Positions 27,701 to 40,020 of a stretch of DNA of 64,000 bases are shown here, piece by piece. The notes under the pieces are model-generated. The model saw only the letters and a program-made list of their open reading frames with translations. It was not told where the DNA came from and did no database searches. Each line of letters starts with the position of its first letter. The first letter of the stretch is position 1. The stretch comes from Azolla caroliniana. Taxonomy: Eukaryota; Plantae; Polypodiophyta. The stretch lies in NCBI GenBank assembly GCA_043228905.1, contig JBHGNT010000002.1, forward strand, positions 27,032,001 through 27,096,000, written 5' to 3'. The translations under genes were made by a program, and so were the position numbers.

Positions 27701-30700
27701 TTACTCCAAAGCCTCTAGTGCTTCCTAGTGTCCATGGTTCATGAGGACATAATAGGGACCATCATGCGGCGCTCTTCTCTATAATAATGACTTTACCATT
27801 AGCTGTCAACAATGGTTCGGCTCAAGCCACATGCACTCTATCATGGAGCTCCTTTTCGTACAACACAACCATTACTCCAAAGCCTCTAGTGCTTCCTAGT
27901 GTCCATGGTTCATGAGGACATAATAGGTACCATCATGCGGCGCTCTTCTCTATAATAATGACTTTACCATTAGCTGTCAACAATGGTTCGGCTCAAGCCG
28001 AACCAAGCCTAAACCAACTTGTTAAACTGTTGTTAAAAAGTTTGGCAGTTCGGTGGTTCGGTTCAACTCACTTCAGATTTGAGCCTTTTTAAACTGTTTA
28101 AGCTCGGTTTGGTTCGACTTGAGCCTTGCTAAACCAAGTCAAACCAATTAAACCATTTAAATATTTTTCGATCCATAGAGAGAGAGAGAGAAGTAAAGGT
28201 GCCACATCCCTCTAGTATCCCAAAAACTAAGAAAGATAGAGAAACGGAGAGAGAAGGAAAAAAGTTACCATTTAAAGAAACAAAACATTGAACTAGATAG
28301 AAATCAATAACAACTTTAGCCTTAACCGGTTTAACCTAAACTGGTTAGCCTAAACCGGGTTGGCTTGGACAGTGCTAAATAGGTTAAACAAAAACCGAAC
28401 CGTTGTTGATTCCTAATTACCATCTCTATGTACAACCCATTTTCCTTCCTTTCTAGAGTCAAGCACTCATGGCATGTGTTCTTTGTCGTATGCCACTTGA
28501 GCTAGAGTGAGATCGTCATCTAAATATATTTTGCCACCCTTAAGTGCCCTTTTTTTGGAAAGGAAAGCTTTTTCCTTTTCACGGCTGTGAAGCAGATGAT
28601 CAACGCTTTAGCTCTAGAGAGCCATATCATAGGCTACTATGGTCTTTCAGAAACATTAATAGATCTTTGTTTTCTGCATTTTGGTCAGCCCCTTAATGAT
28701 AAACAAATAAATTATATTTAAGCAAAACAAACAATCCGAAAACAAGTCATATACCACGAATAATAACTAGCATAAAATAAAACTTGCAAATATAAACTAA
28801 AAATAAATACTTATAAGACAAAGTAAACAAAACATAGAAGAATTATATGCCTGGAATTAACAATAAGATCAAGATTTTCAGCTCTGTATTCCAATAATTG
28901 CAAACTACAATTCTTAAGGATCAATAGAATACAAATATTTAGGATATTCTCAAACAAATGCCATTCAGCTCAGCACCATATGCACACCTTACAGGTTTTT
29001 TCAAAACCTTTGTGGAGCAATTTCTACATGTTAGATTAGCAATCCCATGACCTTTAGAACCTGAAATTTTGAGAATATGAAAATTATTTGAAGTTTACAA
29101 GAAAATTTTGAAGCACACATATACAATAAAAACATTCCCAGGATGACAGTTTTTGCCTATGTTAAAAAAATGAAAAAGGCAACGTTACGATACATACCCC
29201 TAGTTACAAATTTTTATCAAGAAAAAAAACCCAAAGCTTTTTGCGAAAAATCACAATCAAATCAGCAAATAGGGTACTGATGCTCATTGGTCATAAGGGC
29301 AGGAGGGTACAGAAACTAACTGTTGGAGCCCAGCCCTTGTGACATTTTATACGAAAGGTGGTAACTACATAGAATATGGAATGTGGTTGAGTATGAACAA
29401 AGAAAAACACACCAAATTGTGAAGCCATGCTACTGAACCAATGCATCGAGGAAGTATTGTTTGAAAAAAGACCAAGCTATAGAGCCAATCATATGCAATA
29501 CTGAACCCTCCAACTATTAGTGCACTTCTAAAAAATGTGAGTTAGAAAAATTGAGAAACAGATAATGCTTGCTGTCCAACAAAATGTACTTGTTCCAACA
29601 CACCAACACACCTGAATTTCAGCAAAGCCCGGAGTGTGTCCATCTAAGTTCTGCATATTCAATGCATTATGAGGGTGAGAGACTGGCCATAAACTCCCTA
29701 GGATTGGGAGGGAGGAGGAGAAGAGGAGAGGTAGTTGAGGTGGAAGGGATTGTTGAGGAGGTTGAGAATAGAAAAGAAGTTGAATGAAGAATGGGTATGC
29801 ATGGATCATATACGCATTTTGTTGTCTAAGTGTGTCCTAATGTTGTTCCTAAGTGCCTTCTCTATTTTCAATTGTGCTCTTTTTTATTGCTATACTACTT
29901 CAACCGCCTCCATTGCTCTTCATACAGCTTGCCTTAAACTTTTTCCATCCTACTTAATTGCTATCTACCCAACAACAGTGAGTTTTAAGTCATAGAGGCT
30001 CAGTTCATGTTAGTTTAGGTAAATCTTTTGTATCTAGAGTTTTTATCATTCCAAAGTGTGCCAATCCAAGGCATGTGGTTCCATCTGGTTGCGAAAGCCT
30101 CACTTTATATGGTCTGGCTACTGGCCACTTGCATGAAGAGTGTCTCTATTAGGCCGGGGATCTTTTGGTCATTTCATTCAATCTATTTGTAGTTCCTCAG
30201 TGTATGAGGGAACATTCCTTGATTACCTTTCCTAACACCTCCAGTCATCATTTTCCTGTCTCCTCTATTTTGGAGGTTGAATCTGGATGTCAGTTGGTAG
30301 TAATGTCGTTGAATGGATTTCATGGGATAGAAGTGCTTAATTACCCCACCCCCAGTGACTGCTTCCCTAATCTCCGAGTTCATAGTAGGGAGGGTTTAAA
30401 CATTTCTCTGTAGCTTTACAGTTTGAGACCAATTTAACATGTTCACCAATAGAAGGCAAGGTTCAAGTTAGTGCAGAATACTTACGGTGGTTCTGCAATG
30501 TAACCTCCTCATCTTGTAAAGAGAGAGTGGGGATGGGAGAAGGCTTCTCCTTGTATACATCAAGCTGTGAAGAACCATCTGCAACAAAAATTGTATCATT
30601 TAGAAGAAGGCAGAATAAGCATCATAGTTCCCCATGGTTTGGTTTCATTTTCTGAAGGACTTCAGTTAAATAAGACATGCCTACACATATGTGCGTACAC

Positions 30701-31440
30701 ATGCATGCATATACACATTCGTATGTACGTACATATAAGAACATATACATGCACACATATGTCTGGATGTACGTATGTATGCATGGATGCATGTATGTAT
30801 GTATGTACGTATGCATGCATGTAGGAATGTACGTACGTACGTACGTATGCATGTACATATGTCTGCATGTCTGCATGTCTGTATGTATGTACATATGCAT
30901 GCATGCATGCATGTATGTACATATGCATGCATGCATGCATGTATGTATGTATGTATGTATGTGCATACCTGTGGCTTCATATTTTTGTGGCTGGTGTGGG
31001 GTTTCATCGGTGGTGATGGAGAAGACGTGGCAGAGAGAGGAGTGGAGGGGCAGAAGATGGACCGAGATCTCGATGCAAGCGTGGTGGCCATGGTCGTGCA
31101 CGGAGACACGGGGAGGGAGGGAGTAATCAAAGAGGAGGAGGGGAAGGGGCAGGCGGAGAGTGAGGGAGAGACGACGGAGGCCGAGGTCACAATGATGAGT
31201 GCGTTGCCTCCTGGAGAGAGTGCAGGTGAGGAGAGGTGGGGCAGACTGCAGCTTGGCTGCAATCCTACTATTATGATGATCACCATCACCATCACCATCA
31301 CCAGAAGCAGAAGCAGAAGCAGAAGCAGAATCCAGGATAGAAGAAGAAAGGGGAGGCAGGAGGAAGAGGCGAAGAGTATGCACGTGCTGTAGCAGCTCCA
31401 TACTGAAACTCCATGCCTCCTCCTGCTTCTCCTGCTGCAT
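18769..31440 (-). CDS. UBE3D: HECT-like ubiquitin-conjugating enzyme E2-binding protein (HECT_2 / UBE3D-like), 6 exons
   Basis: Exons 31440-30969 (MQQEKQEEAWSFSMELLQHVHTLRLFLL), 30578-30486, 29060-28988 (LTCRNCSTKVL, CxxC), 22340-21885 (FMQMPCAEWRDIVENWFGTCCC..VHCICCQSLIG), 19336-19028 (YATLEALFVREL..YRFLIR..PLLQLVVL..KVMF) and 18928-18769 (stop TAA). All junctions are GT-AG and phase-compatible. The MPxxxWxxxxxNWFGxCCC motif is typical of this family. Confidence 0.85.
19790..20480 (+). mobile_element. Degenerate, internally deleted LINE ORF2 fragment
   Basis: GVKQGRPL at 19850-19875 and RRYHCLFNQGFGLLPKVMEYKNQQC at 20350-20420, with part of the middle inverted. Confidence 0.55.
21280..21710 (+). 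mobile_element. LINE 3' UTR fragment ending in a hairpin
   Basis: Reverse complement of the 3' UTRs at 975-1340 and 13610-13960; ends at the palindrome ttaagaggtcattttggcctcttaa (21675-21699). Confidence 0.6.
23955..24432. repeat. Tandem duplication, about 239-bp unit x2, of rearranged LINE sequence
   Basis: 'cgtggctagcaagattgatgcgaaatgagg' occurs at 23955 and 24194, and the copies are nearly identical. Confidence 0.9.
26330..27293 (-). mobile_element. Probable LTR-retrotransposon remnant inserted in the LINE
   Basis: TGTCAC...GTGACA inverted termini. A PBS-like 'ctctgataacc' (about 26963-26973) precedes 'tgtaac'. No TSD was found. Confidence 0.4.
27658..27999. repeat. Tandem duplication, 171-bp unit x2
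   Basis: 'acatgcactcta..ggctcaagcc' occurs at 27658 and 27829. Confidence 0.9.
27971..28415. mobile_element. hAT-family MITE
   Basis: The left TIR TAGCTGTCAACAATGGTTCGG matches the reverse complement of the right end, TAGGAATCAACAACGGTTCGG. 8-bp TSD tttaccat/attaccat. Subterminal aaccg/ggtt repeats are present. Confidence 0.8.
30685..30966. repeat. Compound (CATG/TATG/TACG)n purine-pyrimidine microsatellite in intron 1 of the UBE3D-like gene
   Basis: Directly visible; generates several spurious overlapping MHACMYV ORFs. Confidence 0.92.
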
Positions 31441-31574
31441 TCTCTGTGTCTGTGTCTGTGTGTTTCTGTGTCTTCCTACGATCTTCAGAAAGCCAACTAA
31501 GTCTTCATGAACCTTCCATGGCTCAAAACAATAATATTGCACATACATATTATGTATGACCTAATACTACCTGG

Positions 31575-31650
31575 CCAGAGCTTAATGGGATTCGAACCCA
31601 CGACCCGGTAGTTTTGTGATTCGCGAAACCCTTACCATCAATGGTGCGAC
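31575..31650 (-). other. tRNA-like relic or tRNA-derived SINE head (Pol III B box)
   Basis: The minus strand has a T arm GTGGG-TTCGAAT-CCCAT containing a perfect B box GGTTCGAATCC (31588-31598) and a weak A-box-like 'tgatggtaagg'. No acceptor stem could be paired. Confidence 0.45.
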
Positions 31651-32904
31651 TGAAGAACATATGAGAATCCGTTCGGTACCATCCTACAATGAGGTGAAAG
31701 TTGTTTCGCAATCCAATGACAAAAAAACATCTACCAGTTGGTCAAAACTTTTGATGTCCATGGACTTGCCAATTGGAATTGGGAATGTTAAGTATCACCC
31801 TTGTTCGACGAGATGTTACTATCCCGAATTCCATCGGATTTCTGAAATGCCGAGAACCAATCTTGTCATTAAACACAGAAGGGAGACGGAACATTATGTG
31901 CCAGAGCATAACCTAAAATGGTTGCCTTTATATGCCATGTAAATTGACTTCACCACAAGGTTGGTTTTTAAAATGTTGATTGTATCGATATGACAATGTG
32001 GTGATAAATCTTCTATAACATGAAGGTTGGTGTTTTTAAGTCTCAAGCAATGGTTTTCACCTTGTATTCTTTATGAAAACTAATCGTCTTTTACGTTTCG
32101 CAACATGTAGTTCCTCCTCCAAACAAAGCTTCTTGTAGCCTCCTCAAAGGGCAACTTGCAAGCTCGCCAAGATTTTGCCTCCCACACATAAAACTCTCCC
32201 ACTCCACATGAGTGATACTATAAATATGTTGCCTCTTGGGCAACTTGATGGTTATAATTAAGGTGTTATTCTTGGCACAAGTTTCAGTAATGCATTGTAG
32301 AATATTTGAAAGAGTCTATGCTCCAATATACTTGGCACTAAGAAACAATCTACATAAGAGGCTTTCATTATCCTATGGAGTGAGTTGATCCATATCCCTG
32401 GTTTAGATATGCTAGAGGAAAAGTAGAAATGTCGTTCTTCTTTTCTAACTTCTTCTTCTTTTTGTTGTTGGAGATCTTGAATCATAGTGCCCCCCTCATA
32501 AATGGTTTATCTAACACAATTATTCACAACATTCATATAGGTGCTTACCATATAATATGCGTAAATACCTTTACTAGGTTTTGTACCACTCTTAGAACTA
32601 CACTAAACTAGATTTTGTTCAATTCTTTTGTATAGTTATTATAAGGTCTTACTTTAATAAAAAATAGTTTGGAACCTCAAAAAGATATAGTTGTTTAGTC
32701 AAAATCATAAGCTAAAATTAGGGTATTTTTTAACCATGTATAAAAATAAATAAATTCAAGAAACATCATGTACACTGATTTCATATTGAGAATCAAAATC
32801 ATATGTTTGTTATTTTCTCTACTTTTTATCGGTGCCAAACATCATTCACAATAGAAAAAATCTTTGAAGTTAATTTGATGATCAATGGAGTGTCCTTTTT
32901 CTAT

Positions 32905-33155
32905 GGAGTCTTTAGGTTCCATGCTTTTGTTTGTAATCATTGGTTTTGGAAGTGAGATACTTAAAGGGCAACATATTAAAATATCACTATAAGTATTACA
33001 AATTAAGAAGGTTACATATATCTAAGTTGAGCAACATGAACTCCATGGAGTGTATAGGTTCCATGCTTTTGTTTGTAATCATTGGTTTTGGAAGTCAAAA
33101 TTTTAAAAGGCAACGTATCAAATATACCACTATATGTATTATAAATTAAGAACGT
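32905..33155. repeat. Degenerate tandem duplication, about 143-bp period
   Basis: 'taggttccatgcttttgtttgtaatcattggttttggaagt' occurs at about 32913 and 33055. Confidence 0.75.
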
Positions 33156-34249
33156 TACAAACTACCACTAGAACTATGCTCATTATGACATCAAAACTAA
33201 GATTAAGACACAAATTAATTAAGCTAATAATCATAACTTGCATGATAATATGGGTACATGTAGTTTAAGTCATATATATATATATATAATAAAGATTCAC
33301 CTGGTATTAATGGAAAGATGCCCAAAGGCTACAAAAAACTCATACAGTACAGTATAACCCTCATACCCACCTCAACCAACATGTCGAGTAACAAAACCCC
33401 TCATGCATGATCCTTCCAAGATGGGGTGAGGAAAAAGCCATCTTGGTGGAACATATCTCCACTTTATTCTCTCCCAAAAGAGGTAAAGACCTCTGCTTTT
33501 TTCCAAATTTCTCCAAAGTGTTGTTGCTTATGAAACACAACCTTAGTCTCATTAGTTATTGCCTCATATTGACCTCTTAGAGTATGCATGAGCATCAACC
33601 ATATGTCCTTGACTAACTCAACAACATTCAGTTTGACTTTCTAAAATACACATTTACATCTTGCTTTCCACAATACCCGAATTACTAAAGAAGATATTGT
33701 GGACCAAACCTTGTCCTCTTCCAAACTACTAAGTGACATATATCATTAAGTTGCACAAGTTTTGGATTGTAGGAATGCATATGTAGATTTTGAAAATAAG
33801 CAAATACAATATTTGAAATTCAATTGCTTTAAGCAAATTTCCCTATTTAAATACATCTCTTTACTATGCTAACTTTCTGCATGCTAAGAACAAAGACAAG
33901 ATTATTTTCATTGTTTATTCATGTAAGGATATAAGAAAATAACTTAAATACCAACATCCTCGAAGAAGAAAATCAATGGATGAGTTTATTTTGTTGTTAT
34001 AGTTTTAAAACATCGAGGCAGCCTTACAACACTACACAAAATTCACCACTTTCATCATCATCTCTATGTGAGATGTGAGCAAAACCTGATAACATGCCAA
34101 ATGTGTAGCACCTACCCATCCACATATTGTGTCATTATTCATTCATGATGACAAATATACATACCATCCCAACACCACCACATGAATATTCATGTCTACT
34201 ATCATTACATTACATTGACAGTGAAGCACATATATGTAACCATCAATCT

Positions 34250-37200
34250 TCACCTAGCCCAAATTCTATCTCCATCACTAAACAAGCCATGGACATACTT
34301 TTGGACCAATTCATCGCCTTTAGTGCCTCTCTTCTTACGGCATTGGAAGCAACAAGTCCTATGCAAACCCAGAGAAGCCCTTCAAAACATAATTTTGATT
34401 TTTTGGCTCCATTTTAACATGCATTTGATCTAAGCAACATGTCATGAGAATTAATATCTTCTTACAATCCTAAGAATTTTGGGGAAACCAAGAAACATAG
34501 TATCTTACCGTCTTGGGAAGTTCACGTTGTGACATGCCTCACATTCCCAATTCCCATTAACCCCAGGCTCTGGCTTTAGCCCACCACCGAACGTAGCCGC
34601 AGTCATTGCAGCAGGATCACCAAATTCCTGTGGCACTTGAAGACAAGTCAATAAGTACTTGTATGTATATTTTAGACTACTTCTAACTTTTGTTATGATA
34701 ATAAATCAGGAATATGCCCATGGTAAAGACTAAGTGGTAAGCCAATGCCAGCTTGGGGATAAACAAGCAGCTTTGGAAACAATAAGAGCAAATTTAATCT
34801 GTCTTTTCGAGGAGGTAGGAATTAACCATGATTTAGTAATCATGAATTGAAGTAAAATCCTTAAATTGGAACCAGAAGGATTTTGAAAGACCAGCTCCAC
34901 TAGCAATCGATCCCATGTAGACTTGGATTTCCACTTTCTCAATGCATGAAGAGCGTTTTCAAATTCAGCTGCAGTATATCATACACAAAAACTCAGCCAT
35001 TTTGATACTAAATAAAGCCAATTCCACGTCCATATGCCATTTGACGTGATAACATGCCTGACAGATCCTTTTTTTTATGAGCAATGTGATTTTTTATTTC
35101 CGAAAAACATCTTTGGATGACAAGTCATAATCCAAAAATGGCTCTTTTCCTCACCCAATTTCCCAATGTTATGTCACTGATTACATGACAAAAGCATAAT
35201 CAGCATACGTCAAAGTGCTCTTCTCATTGGCATCCAAGCCATGAAAATTGGTTCAAGATAAACTGACTTTGCTTCCTATGATGGCTCTGCTACCTATGCA
35301 TCTCAAATACACCATCTTCTATATTTATTGGCTCCCTGCATATGCTTCTTGCTTACTATTTTTCATAATTATGCACAATTGTTCACACTCAACTGTGAAA
35401 TCAATCCAAACAAGACCCTTTCTCTTGAATGCACCATGTTGCAAACAAGACTTTATTCACCCAACAACATTCGGTGACGAGACAAATATGGCATGCCAAA
35501 AACAGAGACCACCAGCCAAGTAGGGAAATGATCTCAAACCAACCATGCACGCTCAGTCAGTATACACCCCACACAAGTTTTACAAGTATACACACCATAC
35601 TGTTCAGTCAGCATGTATCTGTTATTAGCTATCTCTGATCCCCTCGCTTCAGCATTATGTCAAAAACTGTATCCCACTTTTATGTGGATGACAATGGTGC
35701 CATAAATCAGGAGCATGTAAATGACCAAACCGTAGCAGTCCAAATCCGAGTCTTTCCTCAAACCCAACATACATGAGTCAAAAGTAGGAATAAGGTCATG
35801 GGCACCATTAGAACACTGACAGCCCCCTTGCTCCTTGAGCTGTGAAGAGGATACACTGCAGAAAAAAAGACACACTCTATATAAAATAAGCTCTTTACAG
35901 GATGCAATTCATGACAAACTAACTAGAAAGTGCATGGTATTTATATTCTCTCTTGCAGGCACACAATATGAGGCCTAATAGTAATGTACCTAACTCACTC
36001 TAGAACAGATGCAATTTCACAGGATCATTCAATCCCCGTATAACTCTGTTGGTAATACACTTTTTTGGTGCTTTAAACATGGTATTTACAAATGATATAT
36101 TCATGCACCCAAGTTATAAGTTTCCAGAGGAACACAGTGCACAAGCACCTCATAAATCCTCTAAAAAAGAATCTGTAAAAGATGTACGTGCGACGGCAAT
36201 CCTTAAAACAATATATGCTTACAAGGAGAAACTTTACCTAGATGTCAATATGGATTTTGCCTCCATTTTCTAGGCAATCCACAGGCTTGATATCTTGTAC
36301 TCAGGTTGCATGTAGCTTTATATGAGGTTTAACTCTTAAGGTGTTTTGTATGAGTATCATATATAGTTCAAAACGGTATTTTTTGCATGATTATAATTTC
36401 TAATGATCAATTGTTTTTGTTCTGGTGAGATTCCTAACTTGGAGGAAGCTTGGAGACTCAATATTTACATATAATTTTCCCATCGACTCTTACTGCGCTC
36501 ATTTGGAAATCTTATTTTCTCAAGTGAGTAACAGGGAATGATTGACTGTATTTTCAATCAATATTTCCACACTCAGCATCATGCCTGAACTGTTATGTCT
36601 TCTCTTCCATATCTTGGTATGTTATTTTAATTGTCTAATTATTTATGTAAAGTCTCGTTCAAAGAGGCGAAAAAAATCTCCCGTTGCTCAGTCCAATGAC
36701 CCAAGTAATAAGACATAAATAGAAAGAAGTCAACATGCTCTCTGTGGTACACCCTACATACGATAATATTATGAATGAAATTCGAACCAAATGTCAGCAA
36801 TATTGGCTGACATGAAATAATTTGCAAAGGCTTTTCAGCCGGCCAGTGTTTCTTTAAGTAAGATTTCTCAAGACTTTCTGTTCGATTGGCACCGTTGTTC
36901 ATCTACTATATATCACCATATGAGACCTTTCAATTCCGGATTACTCATAATCGCAATAAACACAATCTATACACTCTCCTTTTGTAAGAAAATCATGATG
37001 CAAAATATGAGCAACCTAATGATGAGATGCTACATACCTTAAGGAAATCACTTGGTCGGTCTTTGTAGTCTTCCCATTTCAAACTAGCCCTCAAAAGAGT
37101 TCGGGTGTTTGAGGAAATGCTGACACTAGAGTTTGGCCGAGGTAATGGATTCCCCATGCCCATAAGCACGCCAGGAACCATGCCAGAAGCATACTGAGGC

Positions 37201-38722
37201 TGCAAGAGCATGTTAACCGAACTGTTCACCCCAAGAGACAAGTTCCCAAATGTAGGCGAACCTATTGATATCAATGATGAACCAGACAATGCATGCTCCT
37301 CTGCTCCATGCCATCTGAGTTTCATTGATTGAAGCCATAACACTGCTGATGTCAAGCATTCCCCAGCATCTGCTATTGGATCAGATGATGCAGCAAAACA
37401 AGCCACCAAATGTTCCGCGAGTCTCCGTCCTTCTGGTGCCACACTGCACATACATCATGAAATAATGTGTTTGAGATTTTCCAGTGTGACAATGAAACGT
37501 TTCTACGCTTTTCACACTAAATACATACATATGTTTTCTTTTTTCAAAATATGATTAAGAAAACCGACGAGGTATGAAATGTGGTGGTGTCCATTAGTTA
37601 TATAGTTACTATACCTGGATGTGGTAGACCTATGACCAAAATAGTGATGTTCACCATGTAAACGTGGTGATTCAAAGGGAAATTGTTCCATGCCTAGTCC
37701 TATCCATGGATCAAGCTTGTCCATAACTAGGGTTGGACCTGGTGAAACAATTCCATTCTAACAAGAAGAATATAAATCAGTCAAAATCAATCCAATTTTT
37801 GACAAAGATAGATTTACAATATCAGCAAACAACCTAAATACAATGATTATGGTGAAGGTTTTCCCTTTACTATTTTGAAGACAAGTGCATTTTTGGATTG
37901 TGTCATCAACCTCAGATGTGGAAAATTGTAAACCAGATCGTAGTATGGCTTTCATCAGCTTCTTACCGTAGGACGAGTCACTCTGCTTTGATGTTGTTGC
38001 ACTGCTCCCTTCACCAGCTTCATCTTTTCTATGAAAGCTTTCACTACAGTATCCCCTATTGGACCACGCTGCTTTTTACACTTGAAGCACTACACTCACA
38101 GAAACATTACACAGATTAAAATTCAATAAATAAAGTTCAAGGGTCATTTTATTTTCCATGGTATGCACAAAGCAACAGATTCTACAGAGCTAAAGAGGGA
38201 AAAAACGATGGCATATATTTGGACATGGTATTTAATGTATACCTCTGTTCTGCGAGGATAATTCACATTGGCACAATGTGGGTCGTCACAAACCCAGTTA
38301 CCATTCTCGAGAGGGCGTGGCTGTCTACTCCATGAATCTGCATTCTTGGTATGCTCTGGGCCCCTGAATTCATTGATATCCATACATGTTTTTAAACACA
38401 AGAATTTTTATAACACCGATGTGGATTCAAACTTCTAATTTCTTTCACTTATACGAGAAATTAAGGGCTCAAAATGTCAATTCCAAACAAAGGAGAAAGA
38501 ATACTAGTTTCTGCACAAAAAAACCTTATTTCCACTGTATGGGTAATGAAATCAAATATATGGGAAGAGAAAACAAAAAATCTTTATTATTTCCATGTTA
38601 CATATATGCGACCAAATCAAATCCATGTAGTTCATAGAATTATCTATAACGCTGAAGCATGTGTTTATTAACGAGGACTTGGCAGTAAAATACCTCCATG
38701 GGGGACGAGAATGTTTCGGCAT
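34250..38722 (-). CDS. Protein with two RanBP2-type (C4) zinc fingers, probable ssRNA-binding protein, 7 exons
   Basis: Exons 38722-38694 (MPKHSRPPWR), 38363-38243, 38089-37967, 37757-37615, 37443-37038, 34627-34509 and 34358-34250 (TGA) join in frame. ZnF1 is GNWVCDDPHCANVNYPRRTECFKC and ZnF2 is GNWECEACHNVNFPRRTCCFQC. Confidence 0.82.
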
Positions 38723-39407
38723 TTGAGGGGGGGGGGAACTCTTACAGAACTATTTCTGTACCGCAGACAACAGAGATCGCTGAACAGCCATTAGAGGAGG
38801 AGGAGGAGGAGAAGGAGCAAAACAGTGATGAAGAAGATTCATGTTTTTGCTGTTGCTGTTGTTGAAATGGAGCAGTTATAAATAGAACCATTTTCAGGCA
38901 GTTATGACAAGGAGGGGCGATGCATCCTCCTCATCCTCATCATTCAGACTTTAACTTCATTGAAGAAGAAGAAAGAAGAAAAGGAACACTTTTCTCACAC
39001 AATTATGTCAACCAACTAGCTTTATGGCACAAAATCTTCTTCACGAACCTCGGCCCGATGGCCACTATACGGTCTTTGTGTCCACTACCTACCTACAATT
39101 GAGCAATAATAAGCTAGGCACATTAAGAAGAATACAGATATGGCTGGACATTCCCTATCATGCATTACTTGCAAAGTGAGTCGGTTGTTTCTTCGCCCAA
39201 GTTTAACATTCATCGACATATGATGGTTCATCCCTTCGCTTGTACAATTGATGTTGCCCATGAGTGAAGAGTGAGTTTGGCACAATCAAGGGCATGCATC
39301 AATTGACCATTTTTTTTATTGTCTTAGTCAGTGTTTATGCACACATAACGTAAGTGAGGGTAGGTCACTAATATTTACAAAACATAAGTGACGGGTATGT
39401 TCACTAA

Positions 39408-39804
39408 TGTTAGAGATGGGACTAATGTGATTGGATAGAAGGAATGATAGGTGATTGCACTATCACGATCTTGGCAACCAATGAATAATATCACATCTAT
39501 TCAAGGGGCCTATGAAGAAGTATAAATATGAGGCCTAGCTACCATTATAAAACACATTATGTCGGAAGGTTAGGTGGAAGTCTTGAGACACCAATGGTGC
39601 GGGCTAGACTTTTGTTGTGATGATTGTGTTACCTATTCCAAGGTACTAGTCATCCTAATATATGTCGGTATGGGACATCGGAGGTAGGTTGACTAGTTCT
39701 TGATCATTGTTATGGGTGGTCGGGAGGGTAGGGTTCTTCTATCCAATGCATTCATCTTTCTTTTACTTGAATGTGGTCTATTGATTAACAATAGACTCTT
39801 AACA
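39408..39804 (+). mobile_element. Probable solo LTR
   Basis: TGTTAG...TTAACA termini. Shares 'tataaatatgaggcctaNctacc' with the solo LTR at 45408 and its 3' end with 3195-3350. The TSD is not clean. Confidence 0.6.
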
Positions 39805-40020
39805 CTTAGACTACACATAAACGATGGATGGTTTCTTGTTACATTTAGCTCTTCGTTTTGGGGGCTTTGATAATTTATGTAAAGTTTCAGAGAAAATAGT
39901 AGGAGAGTTTTAAAAGCTACATCAATGTTTCTAATTACTTGCATTGGATATTTGTTACAGTAATTGGTTATTTGACTTTATGGAGCGTCTCATGCATCGA
40001 TGTGCAAATGAAAGTAAGCA

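Larger units (their letters stand above)
24430..28650 (-). mobile_element. Long degenerate LINE (APE endonuclease, RT and C-terminus) interrupted by nested insertions
   Basis: The minus strand shows IILLGNFNAQT (APE GDFNA-like, about 27470-27500), QSGFQKGLTTLDYILTL (26049-26100), IKQGCLLSPSLSDLYIDE (25780-25830) and the C-terminal HC..FYEI motif (about 24640-24670). Confidence 0.75.

Noticed and set aside
30622-31392. Stack of overlapping ORFs on both strands
   Set aside because: Caused by the stop-poor CATG/TATG microsatellite and GC-rich exon 1; only 31440-30969 (-) is supported.
35660-36902. ORFs 35660-35875 and 36639-36902 as additional exons of the ZnF gene
   Set aside because: Exons ending 37038 and starting 34627 join in phase 0 without them and they have no motif support; alternative splicing cannot be excluded.
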